Source of the DNA: a virus
Length of the DNA stretch: 64,000 nt
Direction: 5' to 3' (one strand)
IMG/VR virus record: IMGVR_UViG_3300036770_001972
Coordinates: 38,229-102,228 of that record
Every line of letters starts with the position of its first letter. Positions within the stretch are counted from its first letter, which is position 1. Shown piece by piece: positions 28,194 through 37,499 of the stretch. The position numbers and the translations under genes are program-made. A model generated the notes under the pieces. That model did no database searches. It was given only the letters and a program-made list of their open reading frames with translations, and was not told where the DNA came from.

Positions 28194-28658
28194 ATCGCTA
28201 CTGGAAGTTCATACAAGGGAAAGTACACCCCGAAGCGTCCGCAGAAGTACAAAGGCGATCCCAACATGTGCTTCTATCGCTCATCTTGGGAAAGGCGATT
28301 CATGACTTTCTGCGACGAGAACGACTCCGTGATCGAATGGTCTTCGGAAGAGGTTGTCATTCCCTACATTTCCCCCATCGACGGTAGGCGGCACCGCTAC
28401 TTCGTTGACTTTTGGGTGCGGCTGCGAAAGCCCGATGGGACAACCGAAGAATGCCTGATAGAAGTCAAGCCCAAGAAGCAGACACAGAAGCCCGAACAGC
28501 CAAAGTCAAAGCGGATCTCCAAATCCAAATTGTTTGAGATACGAAATTGGATGGTGAACTCGGCAAAGTGGGCAGCAGCAGAGGACTACTGCGAGGATCG
28601 TGGATGGAAGTTTCGACTCCTAACTGAAGAGAACATCTTCGGAAAGACAGCCAAATGA
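28194..28658 (+). CDS. gp4: head completion nuclease gp4 (TnsA-like), probable ATC start
   Basis: YKGKYTPKRPQKYKGDP (upstream of the first ATG at 28266), YRSSWERRFM, WSSEEVVIPY, HRYFVDF, IEVKPKKQT and NSAKWAAA. Confidence 0.9.
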   Translation: MATGSSYKGKYTPKRPQKYKGDPNMCFYRSSWERRFMTFCDENDSVIEWSSEEVVIPYISPIDGRRHRYFVDFWVRLRKPDGTTEECLIEVKPKKQTQKPEQPKSKRISKSKLFEIRNWMVNSAKWAAAEDYCEDRGWKFRLLTEENIFGKTAK

Positions 28659-29248
28659 CAAAGCAACAGGTAACAAAGGTAGTAAACCAGTTCGCTCGTA
28701 CCACAAATCTGAACCTAGGTGACGAACGCGCCACTCGTTGGTTGGCGACGAACCTTTCCAAGATCAAGACCACGATGCGACAGGATCACTACATCAACCA
28801 AAGCAGGACTTTGGTGAGAAAGCAGATGACACCTGGTACGATGCTCTTCTTTGGATACATGCCGAAGACCAAGGACGAACTCATGTTTTGGGACGAGTTC
28901 CCCGTCACCATTGTCCTCCATCCACAAAAGGGAGGATTCCTAGGACTCAATCTCCACTATCTGCCACCTTCGGCACGGGCAGACTTCCTGAACAAACTGC
29001 TCAAGTATGTCTCCGACCCAAACTGGATCAAGCACAACAACACCTCGGTTGAGTTTCGGGTGACCTACGGGCTGTTGAAGAACAATGCCAAACTAAAGGC
29101 ATTCAAGCCCTGTATCAAGCGATACTACTACAATCACATCGTCTCAAAGGTAGCGTTCATCGATCCGATGCAATGGAAGATGGTTCCCTTCTTCCCTCTT
29201 GACAAGTTCAAGGGTGCAAGTCGCGCGGATGTGTGGGCGTTGGCGTAA
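28655..29248 (+). CDS. gp2: DNA end protector protein gp2
   Basis: FGYMPKTKDELMFWDEFP..GFLGLNLHYLPP..PCIKRYYYNHI. Confidence 0.88.
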   Translation: MTKQQVTKVVNQFARTTNLNLGDERATRWLATNLSKIKTTMRQDHYINQSRTLVRKQMTPGTMLFFGYMPKTKDELMFWDEFPVTIVLHPQKGGFLGLNLHYLPPSARADFLNKLLKYVSDPNWIKHNNTSVEFRVTYGLLKNNAKLKAFKPCIKRYYYNHIVSKVAFIDPMQWKMVPFFPLDKFKGASRADVWALA

Positions 29249-29266
29249 TAGATACCTTATAGAACC

Positions 29267-30313
29267 ATGGATATCCAAGCAAACCTACAAGCAGCGAGGG
29301 CACGGGCGGCATACCAATCGTATGTCCAAAATCCCGATCCATCCTTCCAAGACTCCGTGTACGGGCGGGCGCGTGAGACGGGGTGGGCGGCGGGTAATCG
29401 TTGGCTTGTGATGGTCTTCCCGAATCAGGCGGTGCGTGATGGTATCGGTATGAACTTTGTTCCCGATGTCGCTCGGTTGGCTACCACATGCAAGTCGATC
29501 AACCTGAACGAGCAGACTTGGTACAGCACCGAACAGAACTACATCAACGCAGGCCCAAACCGCGTCTTCCCATACAAGAGAAACACCAACAACGCTTCGG
29601 GCATCAAAGTCCAATACAATGTCGGAACGGACATGTTTGAGAAGGAGTTCTTTGAGGCGTGGCTGCGCTACATTCAGAACCCATACACCCGCCAATGGCG
29701 TTTCTACGATGACTACGCCAAGGACAGTTTCATCTACCTGTTGCTTCTGCCCAACCATGTTCAGAACTTTGCACAGGCGATGGAGGCGATGTATCAAGGC
29801 AAGGTTGTCGGCTATAAGTTCACCGAAGTCTATCCGTTCTCCATGAACATGAACGGCGGCAACCTGAACTACAACAATGTGCAGGAGCCGCTGTTCTCCG
29901 ACATCGGATTCATGTATCACGACATGATCCCGCTTCAGGAAGAGAACATCAGATACGACAACATCATTCCGACCGTCACCGATACGGGATATCCTGTCAT
30001 CGAAAAGGATCGATACAAGGACATCCTCACGGCAAGCCAAGCGGGAATCGACAAGGCTGTCAACGGATTTGCCTTGGGAACGATTGCAGAACGCGCAGCA
30101 TTCAATGCACAGCGTCAGCAGCAGCGCAGCGTGTTGCAGGCGTATGTCAAGCAACTAGAGGAATACAAGGTAAACGACCTACCGCGTGGCGTGGATGGAA
30201 GAGTGGTCTACTCTACCCCGCGACAAGGTGGACTCGACTTGGGTCTGACCCTCCTGTCACAGACTCAGGGCTTCTTCGGCGCAGGATTCTTTGGAAACGG
30301 ATTCTATCCCTAA
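29267..30313 (+). CDS. tail-tube initiator (gp54/gp19-like)
   Basis: NRWLV..CKSINL..FPY..EKEFFEAW..FYDDY..YKFTEVYP tube-fold pattern; synteny gp2-x-gp26. Confidence 0.65.
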   Translation: MDIQANLQAARARAAYQSYVQNPDPSFQDSVYGRARETGWAAGNRWLVMVFPNQAVRDGIGMNFVPDVARLATTCKSINLNEQTWYSTEQNYINAGPNRVFPYKRNTNNASGIKVQYNVGTDMFEKEFFEAWLRYIQNPYTRQWRFYDDYAKDSFIYLLLLPNHVQNFAQAMEAMYQGKVVGYKFTEVYPFSMNMNGGNLNYNNVQEPLFSDIGFMYHDMIPLQEENIRYDNIIPTVTDTGYPVIEKDRYKDILTASQAGIDKAVNGFALGTIAERAAFNAQRQQQRSVLQAYVKQLEEYKVNDLPRGVDGRVVYSTPRQGGLDLGLTLLSQTQGFFGAGFFGNGFYP

Positions 30314-30335
30314 CTCTTCATTATAGGAGATCGTC

Positions 30336-31043
30336 ATGTCACTTGCAGGAATTATTGCTTCAACACCCAAGCATCACACAACTCTTCCCGTCAGCGGAAA
30401 GAAGATCGAATACCGACCCTTCATCGTCAAAGAGGAAAAGATCCTTCTCATGGCGGCAGAAAGCAAGGACGAGAAGACGATCAACGCGGCTATCCGCGAA
30501 GTCATCTCCGCTTGCACAAACGGTGCTGTTGATGTCTTCAAGTTGCCGTTGGTGGACATGGAATACCTGTTCCTGCAACTGCGTAGCCAATCTGTCGGTG
30601 AGACCGCAAAGCCGAATGTCAAGTGTTCGAAGTGCGAGTTGCCGAATGAGGTCGAAATCAACCTGAAGGAAATCCACCCCACGAACGATCCGAATCACAA
30701 GAAGATCATCCCCATCGTGGGCGACATCAGCGTGGTTATGAAGTATCCCACCGTCGATGACCTGAAGGACATCGATTCGCAAAGTGACATAGACAAGGCA
30801 CTCACCCTGTTAGTGAAGTCTATCGACAAGGTCTATCAGGGTGAGAAGATCTTCAATGCATCCGAAATGGATCCAAAGGAAGTCCGTGGATTCATCGAAG
30901 AGATGACACAAGAACAGTTCAAGAAACTCTTCTCCTTCGTGGAAACGATGCCAAAGTTGGAGAAGCAAATTCAATTCAAGTGCAAGCATTGTGGTCATGA
31001 GAACAACTCAACTCTGAAGGGGATCACAAGTTTTTTCTCCTAG
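30336..31043 (+). CDS. gp26: baseplate hub assembly chaperone gp26
   Basis: LPVSGKKIEYRPFIVKEEKILLMA, DMEYLFLQLRSQSVGE, two CxxC motifs, MKYP, FVETMPKL and C-terminal LKGITSFFS. Confidence 0.92.
   Translation: MSLAGIIASTPKHHTTLPVSGKKIEYRPFIVKEEKILLMAAESKDEKTINAAIREVISACTNGAVDVFKLPLVDMEYLFLQLRSQSVGETAKPNVKCSKCELPNEVEINLKEIHPTNDPNHKKIIPIVGDISVVMKYPTVDDLKDIDSQSDIDKALTLLVKSIDKVYQGEKIFNASEMDPKEVRGFIEEMTQEQFKKLFSFVETMPKLEKQIQFKCKHCGHENNSTLKGITSFFS
31031..31037 (+). other. putative -1 ribosomal frameshift heptamer T TTT TTC
   Basis: X XXY YYZ heptamer in the correct phase at the end of gp26; the -1 frame is open into gp51. Confidence 0.65.
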
Positions 31044-31069
31044 CCTCCACCCATGACAACTTGTTCAAC

Positions 31070-31231
31070 ATGCTCTCCGTGAACTTTGCGATGATGCAGA
31101 ACTTCAACTATACGCTAGTTGATTTAGAGAGCATGATGCCATGGGAGCGGAGGGTCTACATCGATTTGTTGATGCAACACTTGAAGGAAGAGAAGGAGAG
31201 AATGGAGTCTTTGAAGAGCCAAAGACAGTAA
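31070..31231 (+). CDS. gp51: baseplate hub assembly protein gp51-like (possibly made as a gp26-gp51 fusion)
   Basis: Below the ORF-track length cutoff: MLSVNFAMMQNFNYTLVDLESMMPWERRVYIDLLMQHLKEEKER. The NFAMMQ..Y.L..LE.M.PWER.Y motif is characteristic of gp51. Confidence 0.85.
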   Translation: MLSVNFAMMQNFNYTLVDLESMMPWERRVYIDLLMQHLKEEKERMESLKSQRQ

Positions 31232-31242
31232 AGGGCAGATAG

Positions 31243-33993
31243 ATGGCAGAACCAACACAGGGCAATCCAACACCACCGAACAACCAAGATGGTATTGTGG
31301 CACCATCAGCCGATGCTAACAAGGCATTGGATCAGTTCTTTGCTGAGATGGAAGCCCTGAAGAAGTTGGTCGAAAAGTCCAACGACACTCTGGCCAAGAG
31401 AAAAGATCTTGAAGAAAAACTCTTGGATGTCTCTGTAAAACTTCATAAAGCAGACGAGCAGAAGAAAAAGGACTCGGATGCTCTATACAAAGCCCACAAG
31501 AAGTACATTGATGAGCAGGGCAACTGGGTAAAGGGTTCTGAGGCAATCCGCGAAAAGTATGAAAACGATCTACTCAAGATCAACGCGGGGTATGTCGCGG
31601 CAGTTGAAGAAATCAATGCCGTAACTTCTGCTTTGGAGGACAACAAGAAGGCAATGGATGACGAGAAGGATGCCCGAATGTCGGCTCTTTTCTCTCTTCG
31701 TGATTTCCGAGACACGGTGAAAGAAACCGATGCATCGATTGGTGCTGAGATGTCCAAGTCTTTGGGCGAGGCAACCAAGATGGTTGTAGCCACCAATGCT
31801 GCTATTGAGATCGAAGCAAAGAAGATTTCAAGTGAACTTCAAAGCAAGACAAACGCAGTATTTGGAGAAATGGCACAGTCACTCAAGGAGGCAAACCTGA
31901 CCAAAGCCGCAGAAGAAGCGGCAAGTGCGTTGGAGGAAGCCGCAGAAAAGGCTAAAGAGGCTGCTGAAAAAGAAAAGAAGGCATCCGAAGAAGCAGCAAA
32001 GGCTGCTGCCGAAGAACTTGCTGAGAAGAAAAAACTCAGAGCGTCAATCAAAGAGTACGAAAGAACCCAAACTGCCGAAGACTTTGGAAAGAGTCTAGAG
32101 GCACAGGGCGGTCTTGTCGGTCTCGGGACAATCAAAGATCAGATCGATGAGATCGCTAAGGCCGAGGATGATCGATTCAAGGCATACAATCCCAATGCGA
32201 CGAAAGAAGAGATTGCGACGAATCGTGAGAAATTCTTGATGACGCAGAAGGATGTCATTCTCAAGAGGATCGAAATCCAACAGCAAAAAGACTTGGAGAA
32301 GGTGCGCCAAGAGAGAATCAAGAAGATCATCGAAGAGAAGAAGGTATCTGAGGCGACCGCTGCAAAACTAGCAGACACAAAAGAAAACAGAGAAGCCGAT
32401 GCAAAGATGATCGATGGTCAGGAAAAGGTCATTCAATCATTGCAGCGATTGGAAGGTCATGAGATCCGAATGATCGATAGGATGGATAGAGACTCCATCA
32501 AAGATGCCGAGCGAGAAGCAGAAGCATACAACAAAACCCCACCATGGGCACAAAATTTCGTTGATGGAATTGAGAGTCTTAAGGGAGCCATGGGAGACAT
32601 GTTCAAGAAAGAAGACGGTTGGTTCAAAACCATTCTTCTTATCTTGACTGTTGCTGTCGGCGCAGTTCTTGGTTACATTTGGACGAAGATCCAATTCATC
32701 GTTTCTCTTCTCACCATGCTTCCGTTTGGAATCGGAAAGGCTCTTGGTTCCGTCTTTGGTGGTATTGGCAAGGGCGCAGCGGGTCTGTTTGGCGGTGTGG
32801 CAAAAATCTTTGAGCCATTCACAAGAGGATTGGGTTCCATTCTCAAGATGTTCCCTGGAGTTTCGGGAAGCCTCGGTCAATTTGGTAAGGCTTTCAGTTT
32901 TGGATTCAAGGTACTTGGCAAGTTCTTCTTCTATATCCAGTTGGCAATCGATGCCATTTGGGGTGCATATAAGGGATTCCAACAGTTGGGCAACATCAAG
33001 GGTCTCATCATGGGTGCCCTTGCTCAAATCATCAGCGGTCTCACCTTTGGCTTGCTCGACTTCCAAAGCATCTTCGACTTCTTCAACACCACGATGGGCG
33101 GTGTGTTTGATGGAATCGCGGGTGTGTTTGAACCATTGATCGAATACTTCTCCACCGTCTATAAGAACTTCACAGATGCGTTCTCTCGTATATTTGCGAT
33201 ATTCCAAGGAGAGGGATCAATCTTCAGCAAGATCTTCAAGGTAATTCAGGTGGGAGTAACTACGATGGTCAAGAATGCCATCGCCTCTGTTACGGCCTTA
33301 ATCAAAACTGCTGCTAATCTGTTCATTGTTCTTCCCTTTAAGATCGGTGAATTCATTGGCAATATGCTCGTCAAGTTGGCAGAATTGACATATGACGCTT
33401 TCATGTCTCTATGGGATTGGATTGCAAGCGGTCAGATACTTGCGGATGTTGTGAACTTTGGTTCATGGCTTTATGACGAACTGATTGGTTTCTTTGCGGG
33501 AATCATCAATGCTATTGCCGATGGGTTGGGCGAAATACCAATCGTTGGCGGTTATATCAAGGAAGCATTGGGTGGTGGATCGGGTGGTGACGGACTGCAA
33601 GTTGCGGTCGAAAAGAGTGCCGAAGTTGTAAAGGAAGCACAAGAAAGTACAACTGCTGTGGCATCGACCGCAAACAGCATGGCACAATCGGGTGCCGTCC
33701 AATTTGCACAAACTCCTGTTACTCCGATTGCCACCCCTAGTGGGAAGGTACAGTTCGCGCCCATGGCGGCACCTTCCTACAATGCGAATGTGGTCAATAC
33801 GGCGACCAACAACACATCCACCGCAAAGATGAATGCGATGAACAATGGTGGAACCGCAGTCGTGAACACACCGACCACGAACAACATCGTCAATGGTGGT
33901 GGTGGCGAAAGCAATGTGTTGATGCCAACGAACAACAGGAACACAGAACCAACGCTCCGTGCCCTGCTATTCCAAGAGTGTCCTGCCCTATAA
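31243..33993 (+). CDS. tape measure protein (gp29-like)
   Basis: 916 aa with a long coiled-coil N half, hydrophobic/TM and G/F-rich amphipathic repeats, and an N/T-rich C-terminus; follows gp26/gp51. Confidence 0.8.
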   Translation: MAEPTQGNPTPPNNQDGIVAPSADANKALDQFFAEMEALKKLVEKSNDTLAKRKDLEEKLLDVSVKLHKADEQKKKDSDALYKAHKKYIDEQGNWVKGSEAIREKYENDLLKINAGYVAAVEEINAVTSALEDNKKAMDDEKDARMSALFSLRDFRDTVKETDASIGAEMSKSLGEATKMVVATNAAIEIEAKKISSELQSKTNAVFGEMAQSLKEANLTKAAEEAASALEEAAEKAKEAAEKEKKASEEAAKAAAEELAEKKKLRASIKEYERTQTAEDFGKSLEAQGGLVGLGTIKDQIDEIAKAEDDRFKAYNPNATKEEIATNREKFLMTQKDVILKRIEIQQQKDLEKVRQERIKKIIEEKKVSEATAAKLADTKENREADAKMIDGQEKVIQSLQRLEGHEIRMIDRMDRDSIKDAEREAEAYNKTPPWAQNFVDGIESLKGAMGDMFKKEDGWFKTILLILTVAVGAVLGYIWTKIQFIVSLLTMLPFGIGKALGSVFGGIGKGAAGLFGGVAKIFEPFTRGLGSILKMFPGVSGSLGQFGKAFSFGFKVLGKFFFYIQLAIDAIWGAYKGFQQLGNIKGLIMGALAQIISGLTFGLLDFQSIFDFFNTTMGGVFDGIAGVFEPLIEYFSTVYKNFTDAFSRIFAIFQGEGSIFSKIFKVIQVGVTTMVKNAIASVTALIKTAANLFIVLPFKIGEFIGNMLVKLAELTYDAFMSLWDWIASGQILADVVNFGSWLYDELIGFFAGIINAIADGLGEIPIVGGYIKEALGGGSGGDGLQVAVEKSAEVVKEAQESTTAVASTANSMAQSGAVQFAQTPVTPIATPSGKVQFAPMAAPSYNANVVNTATNNTSTAKMNAMNNGGTAVVNTPTTNNIVNGGGGESNVLMPTNNRNTEPTLRALLFQECPAL

Positions 33994-34020
33994 CACAACA
34001 GCCGCCCATTTCTGAGCGGC
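33992..34020 (-). terminator. intrinsic terminator downstream of gp32
   Basis: Minus strand GCCGCTCA-GAAA-TGGGCGGC-TGTTGTGTT, between convergent genes. Confidence 0.75.
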
Positions 34021-34050
34021 AGTCGTGCGCCTCCACGGCATGGTCAGGAT

Positions 34051-34980
34051 TTACTCATCGTCATCTGCCAACTTCTTGAAGTAGGCAAACGCATCCTCAT
34101 CATCGTCCTCGGTCTTCGCAGCCTTGGCGGGAGCCTTCTTTGCAGGCTTCTCCTCGGACACGGCAGCAGCAGTCGTTGCCTTCATCTTGCTGCGGAAATC
34201 CTCAGGCTCGGCTTCCTCGGCACGGGTGGCGGAACCCTCATTGCCACCCTTGAGAACCTGATCCATGCGGCTCTTCAGTTCCTCGTAGGACTTGAACTGA
34301 TCGGGAGCGACGAACGGAAGGAGGGCATGCTGTGACTTCCACAGAGCCTCAAGCCGCTTGTCATCACCATCAAACACCTCGGACGGCGTTTGGAACGCGG
34401 ACTTCTCGTATGAGACATAGCCCGATTCAAGGTGCGCCTTCAACTTGAAGTTGGCACCCTGCCAAAAGTCGAACGGATTGATCTTCGTCTCGTCAGGTGC
34501 GGTGGGGTTCATTGCCTCCTGCAACTTATCGAAGATCTTCTTACCGAACTTGAAGAGGAACACCTTGCCCTCGTTCTCGCGGTTCGACGGGTCGCTGACA
34601 ACAAGGATGTTGGCGATGTACGACAACTTGCGCTTGCGGTCACGGGCGATGCCCTTGTTGGACTCAAGTCCGCTGTTCCAAAGTTCGTTGTTTGCCTCGC
34701 AGATCGGGCACTTCTTCCCAATCGTAGTCGGGCAGTTGTCGATGAGCCAACCACCCTTGCCTTGGAAGCCGTGGCTGAAGAGCCGCACCCAAGGAATGTC
34801 CTCGCCTTCGACGGGCGGCAGGAAGCGGATCACCGCGTAGCCATTACCCGCCTTGTCGCGCTCAAGCGTCCAAAAGCGATCATCATCGTAGTTCTTCTTC
34901 TCGCTGACCTTGCTCATCTCCTTCGACAACTTGTCGATTGCGGACTGAGCGTTCTTCTTCATGCTTGCAAATCCTGACAT
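34051..34980 (-). CDS. gp32: single-stranded DNA-binding protein gp32
   Basis: DDRFW..DKAGNGYAVIRFLP..HGFQGKGGWLIDNCPTTIGKKCPICE, FKFGKKIFDK, NPFDFWQGANFKLK and an acidic tail. Confidence 0.97.
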   Translation of the reverse strand: MSGFASMKKNAQSAIDKLSKEMSKVSEKKNYDDDRFWTLERDKAGNGYAVIRFLPPVEGEDIPWVRLFSHGFQGKGGWLIDNCPTTIGKKCPICEANNELWNSGLESNKGIARDRKRKLSYIANILVVSDPSNRENEGKVFLFKFGKKIFDKLQEAMNPTAPDETKINPFDFWQGANFKLKAHLESGYVSYEKSAFQTPSEVFDGDDKRLEALWKSQHALLPFVAPDQFKSYEELKSRMDQVLKGGNEGSATRAEEAEPEDFRSKMKATTAAAVSEEKPAKKAPAKAAKTEDDDEDAFAYFKKLADDDE

Positions 34981-35026
34981 GTGTGTATCTCCTGTGTGTT
35001 GCGTGTTGTGTGAAACGATTGTGACA

Positions 35027-35054
35027 AGTATAGCGTGTGTTGTATGTCAGTCAA
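35027..35054 (-). promoter_or_regulatory. sigma70-type promoter for gp32
   Basis: TTGACT-N16-TATACT followed by TGTCACAATCGT. Confidence 0.7.
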
Positions 35055-35286
35055 GGGGCAACTTAGACGATTTCTTTGTTCCCCTCAACATGTTTCGATC
35101 CTCAAACTCTGCCTTCAGTTTCTCCCGAATCGGCTTGGTAACCAACTTGGCTACCGACTCGGGTTCGATTCCATGCTTATCACAGAGTTCAAGAATCGCA
35201 TCGATGTATTTTCCCTCCTTGCGGTTCTTGCATAGTTCTTCGATCTCTTTGCTGAAAGTGTCTTCGATGTTGATGATTGATCCCAT
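35047..35286 (-). CDS. gp33: late transcription coactivator gp33
   Basis: FSKEIEE..YIDAILELCDKHGIEPESVAKLVTKPIREKLKAE..NML..KLPL. Confidence 0.9.
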   Translation of the reverse strand: MGSIINIEDTFSKEIEELCKNRKEGKYIDAILELCDKHGIEPESVAKLVTKPIREKLKAEFEDRNMLRGTKKSSKLPLD

Positions 35287-35534
35287 TACGGAACCCTTTC
35301 GTCTTCTGCGGGGCTTGCCGTATCGATTGGCATCTCTTCAATCGTGTCCACCCAACGACGAATGCCCGTTTCGAACTCTTCGCTCGTCAGAAGGATTCCG
35401 ATCTGTTCCCCTCGGTCTGTCATGAAACGAATGCAATGATATCGCTCCTCTTTTGGAGGTACGACGATCTCATTTGATCGGGCAAGTGTCCACCCGAAGT
35501 ATTCAAGCAGTCTTTTGAGCCATCCCATTGGCAA
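35286..35534 (-). CDS. hypothetical protein
   Basis: 82-aa ORF filling the exonuclease-gp33 gap and overlapping both genes. Confidence 0.55.
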   Translation of the reverse strand: MPMGWLKRLLEYFGWTLARSNEIVVPPKEERYHCIRFMTDRGEQIGILLTSEEFETGIRRWVDTIEEMPIDTASPAEDERVP

Positions 35535-36189
35535 TCTCCTGTACCCGCTTGAAGTTGTTCTTTACCCAATAGGAGCGGATGACATTCGCCAACCCCTCCC
35601 TGAAGTCGTTGCGGTGTTCCACGAACTCCTGAGCGGTGCCTTCGTCGTTGACGATCAGTACAACAAGCCGTTCGACTCGCTTGCCTGTGCGCTCTTCCCA
35701 CATGTAGGAATACGCAGCAGCCTGATGGAAGTAGTTCGTGATCCACGAACGCTTCTTCTCCTTGGATGCGGTCTTGAAGTCGATGATTGCGGGTTCGCCG
35801 CAGTACTCACCGATGCAGTCCGTTCGTCCTGCAAGCATGAGCGTATCAGACCACAATCCCGTTTCGATGGCATCGATCTTTCCGATGTTCTCCAACAGCG
35901 GGAGAATCGGATCAAAATGCCAACGATCACCGATCTCCGTAGGGGCGACCTTGTTGATCAAGTACTCTTCCACCAAGGAGTGCAACTTGTTTCCGCGATT
36001 GATAGCCATCTGAGACTTCTTCGCGTTCTCGGGATCCTCACGCCACTTCTTCCACTTCTCGGCATCCTCATGGTTTACAACGGTAGTAACCGATGGATAC
36101 CACTTGCCGTTGGTTGGCGATTGATAGTAGCGTCCCATGCCTTCCGCTTCCACGGAAACGAGTTTCACTTCATTGGTGTTCATGTTCAA
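35503..36189 (-). CDS. PD-(D/E)XK exonuclease
   Basis: YPSVTTV, RGNKLH..E, AGRTDC, IIDFKT and YFHQAAAY. Confidence 0.88.
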   Translation of the reverse strand: MNMNTNEVKLVSVEAEGMGRYYQSPTNGKWYPSVTTVVNHEDAEKWKKWREDPENAKKSQMAINRGNKLHSLVEEYLINKVAPTEIGDRWHFDPILPLLENIGKIDAIETGLWSDTLMLAGRTDCIGEYCGEPAIIDFKTASKEKKRSWITNYFHQAAAYSYMWEERTGKRVERLVVLIVNDEGTAQEFVEHRNDFREGLANVIRSYWVKNNFKRVQEIANGMAQKTA

Positions 36190-36440
36190 TAGTCTCTCAT
36201 TCCGTGTCTAGGGTGTGCGGATTTGATCTTGGAAATGACTTCCTTGAATCCGCTGTCGGGTCTACGAATTCCCAATCGAACTGGGTCGATGATCGGTGGA
36301 GCAGACGCGATGTACTGTTCCACCTTCTTCTTGCCGCAGTTTGGGCAAGGCTTCTTGCATGGCTTAGATCGATCCTTTATGAGATGAAACTCTTCGAATC
36401 GATGGTCACATGCACGGCATAGGTAATCGTAGTTTGGCAT
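36186..36440 (-). CDS. FmdB-family zinc-ribbon protein
   Basis: MPNYDYLCRACDHRFE..CPNCG; late promoter ATAAATA at 36452-36458. Confidence 0.85.
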   Translation of the reverse strand: MPNYDYLCRACDHRFEEFHLIKDRSKPCKKPCPNCGKKKVEQYIASAPPIIDPVRLGIRRPDSGFKEVISKIKSAHPRHGMRDY

Positions 36441-36470
36441 AGCGAGTCTTGTATTTATGCGATTCGCAGA

Positions 36471-37004
36471 TCAAAACCACGAAGGTGTTGGAGTCTTTGC
36501 CCACTTAGCAAACCGCTTCTTTTCTCCGATGTAGTAGTTGCGATATGCGGTTACTGCATCTGAACAACGGTACTGCTCGGGCATTGCCTGTGCAAACGGT
36601 GTCTGCTTGTCCACCGAAATGTTCATCGGATGGTCAATCAGATAGTTTGTGTAAAGCGTCTGCATCGAATGTACCTTGTCGTACCGCAGCGTGTACTGGC
36701 GCAGCAATTCGATCCCGTGGTCGTACAGCCACCCATAGTTATCGGATGACTGCATAACCCACTTGGTGCATGGGTGATTGACCATCGTGGGAAGGCACAG
36801 CATCCGATCCATTTCGGAGTTGGGGTGCTTCCAATGCTTGATGTTTCGCCCCTTCGGAGATACCCGAATGGTTGGCGATCCGTCAAGGACACGATGTGCC
36901 GTTGACAGCATCTGTGCCGACTCCACGATCATCTTGACAACATGCTTGTCGCACATGTCACGCGCAGCCGCAGCAGGACTAGGTTGTAGTACGAAGATGT
37001 TCAA
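36471..37004 (-). CDS. pyrimidine-dimer DNA glycosylase (DenV-like) family protein
   Basis: MNIFVL..DKHVVKMIVESAQMLST, NHPCTKW, EYTLRY-like segment and FAQAMP..DAVTAYRNYY; TTG start. Confidence 0.75.
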   Translation of the reverse strand: MNIFVLQPSPAAAARDMCDKHVVKMIVESAQMLSTAHRVLDGSPTIRVSPKGRNIKHWKHPNSEMDRMLCLPTMVNHPCTKWVMQSSDNYGWLYDHGIELLRQYTLRYDKVHSMQTLYTNYLIDHPMNISVDKQTPFAQAMPEQYRCSDAVTAYRNYYIGEKKRFAKWAKTPTPSWF

Positions 37005-37007
37005 GTA

Positions 37008-37256
37008 TCAGTCCATAAAAGAGCCATCGTTCCAAAGATGCCACAGACGGTGCTTGAAGATTGCCCATCCAAGTCCAAGCCAAGAGTCAGATTCATACTG
37101 ACCCGCCTGACAGACCATGACATAGATGGTCGGGATCTTCTTCTCTTCCTTGACGGGAAGTGCGATTGGAATTGCATCGGGTGCCACTTCAGGTTGCTCC
37201 ATTGTGGGTTTTGTCTTGACCGTCTTGACGGTACGCTTGCGGACAGACTTAGCCAT
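37008..37256 (-). CDS. hypothetical protein
   Basis: Likely start MAKSVRKR at 37256, overlapping the upstream stop; the longer ORF-track version overlaps another gene. Confidence 0.6.
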   Translation of the reverse strand: MAKSVRKRTVKTVKTKPTMEQPEVAPDAIPIALPVKEEKKIPTIYVMVCQAGQYESDSWLGLGWAIFKHRLWHLWNDGSFMD

Positions 37257-37461
37257 TACGATGCGCCCCCATCGGCTCGACATTCTCTTCCTTGACCCAG
37301 TAGGTCTCGGGGCCCCACTCATTGCTATGGGTGGTGACGAGGTACTGCTTGCCCCAGTTGGGGTGGAGTTCGACCCGCCGAACAACGGCGGTCTTCTGCT
37401 CGTCTCGGAGCCAAACCTTCTGCTGAGGTGTCTTCTGCTGCTTTGTATCGTTGCTTTCCAT
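37249..37461 (-). CDS. hypothetical protein
   Basis: 70 aa with TAAGGA SD, directly downstream of a consensus-like sigma70 promoter. Confidence 0.7.
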   Translation of the reverse strand: MESNDTKQQKTPQQKVWLRDEQKTAVVRRVELHPNWGKQYLVTTHSNEWGPETYWVKEENVEPMGAHRNG

Positions 37462-37499
37462 GTGTTTGTAATCCTTATGTTTGGGTTACGATTGTGACA

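Noticed and set aside
27063-33207. Long antisense ORFs (27063-27905, 29285-30154, 32437-33207, and similar ones elsewhere such as 51110-51880)
   Set aside because: They mirror well-supported genes and are expected from codon bias; no SD or motifs were seen.
35503-36189. Cas4-like nuclease as a CRISPR component
   Set aside because: It lacks the Fe-S cysteine cluster and sits in the usual T4-like exonuclease position near gp33.
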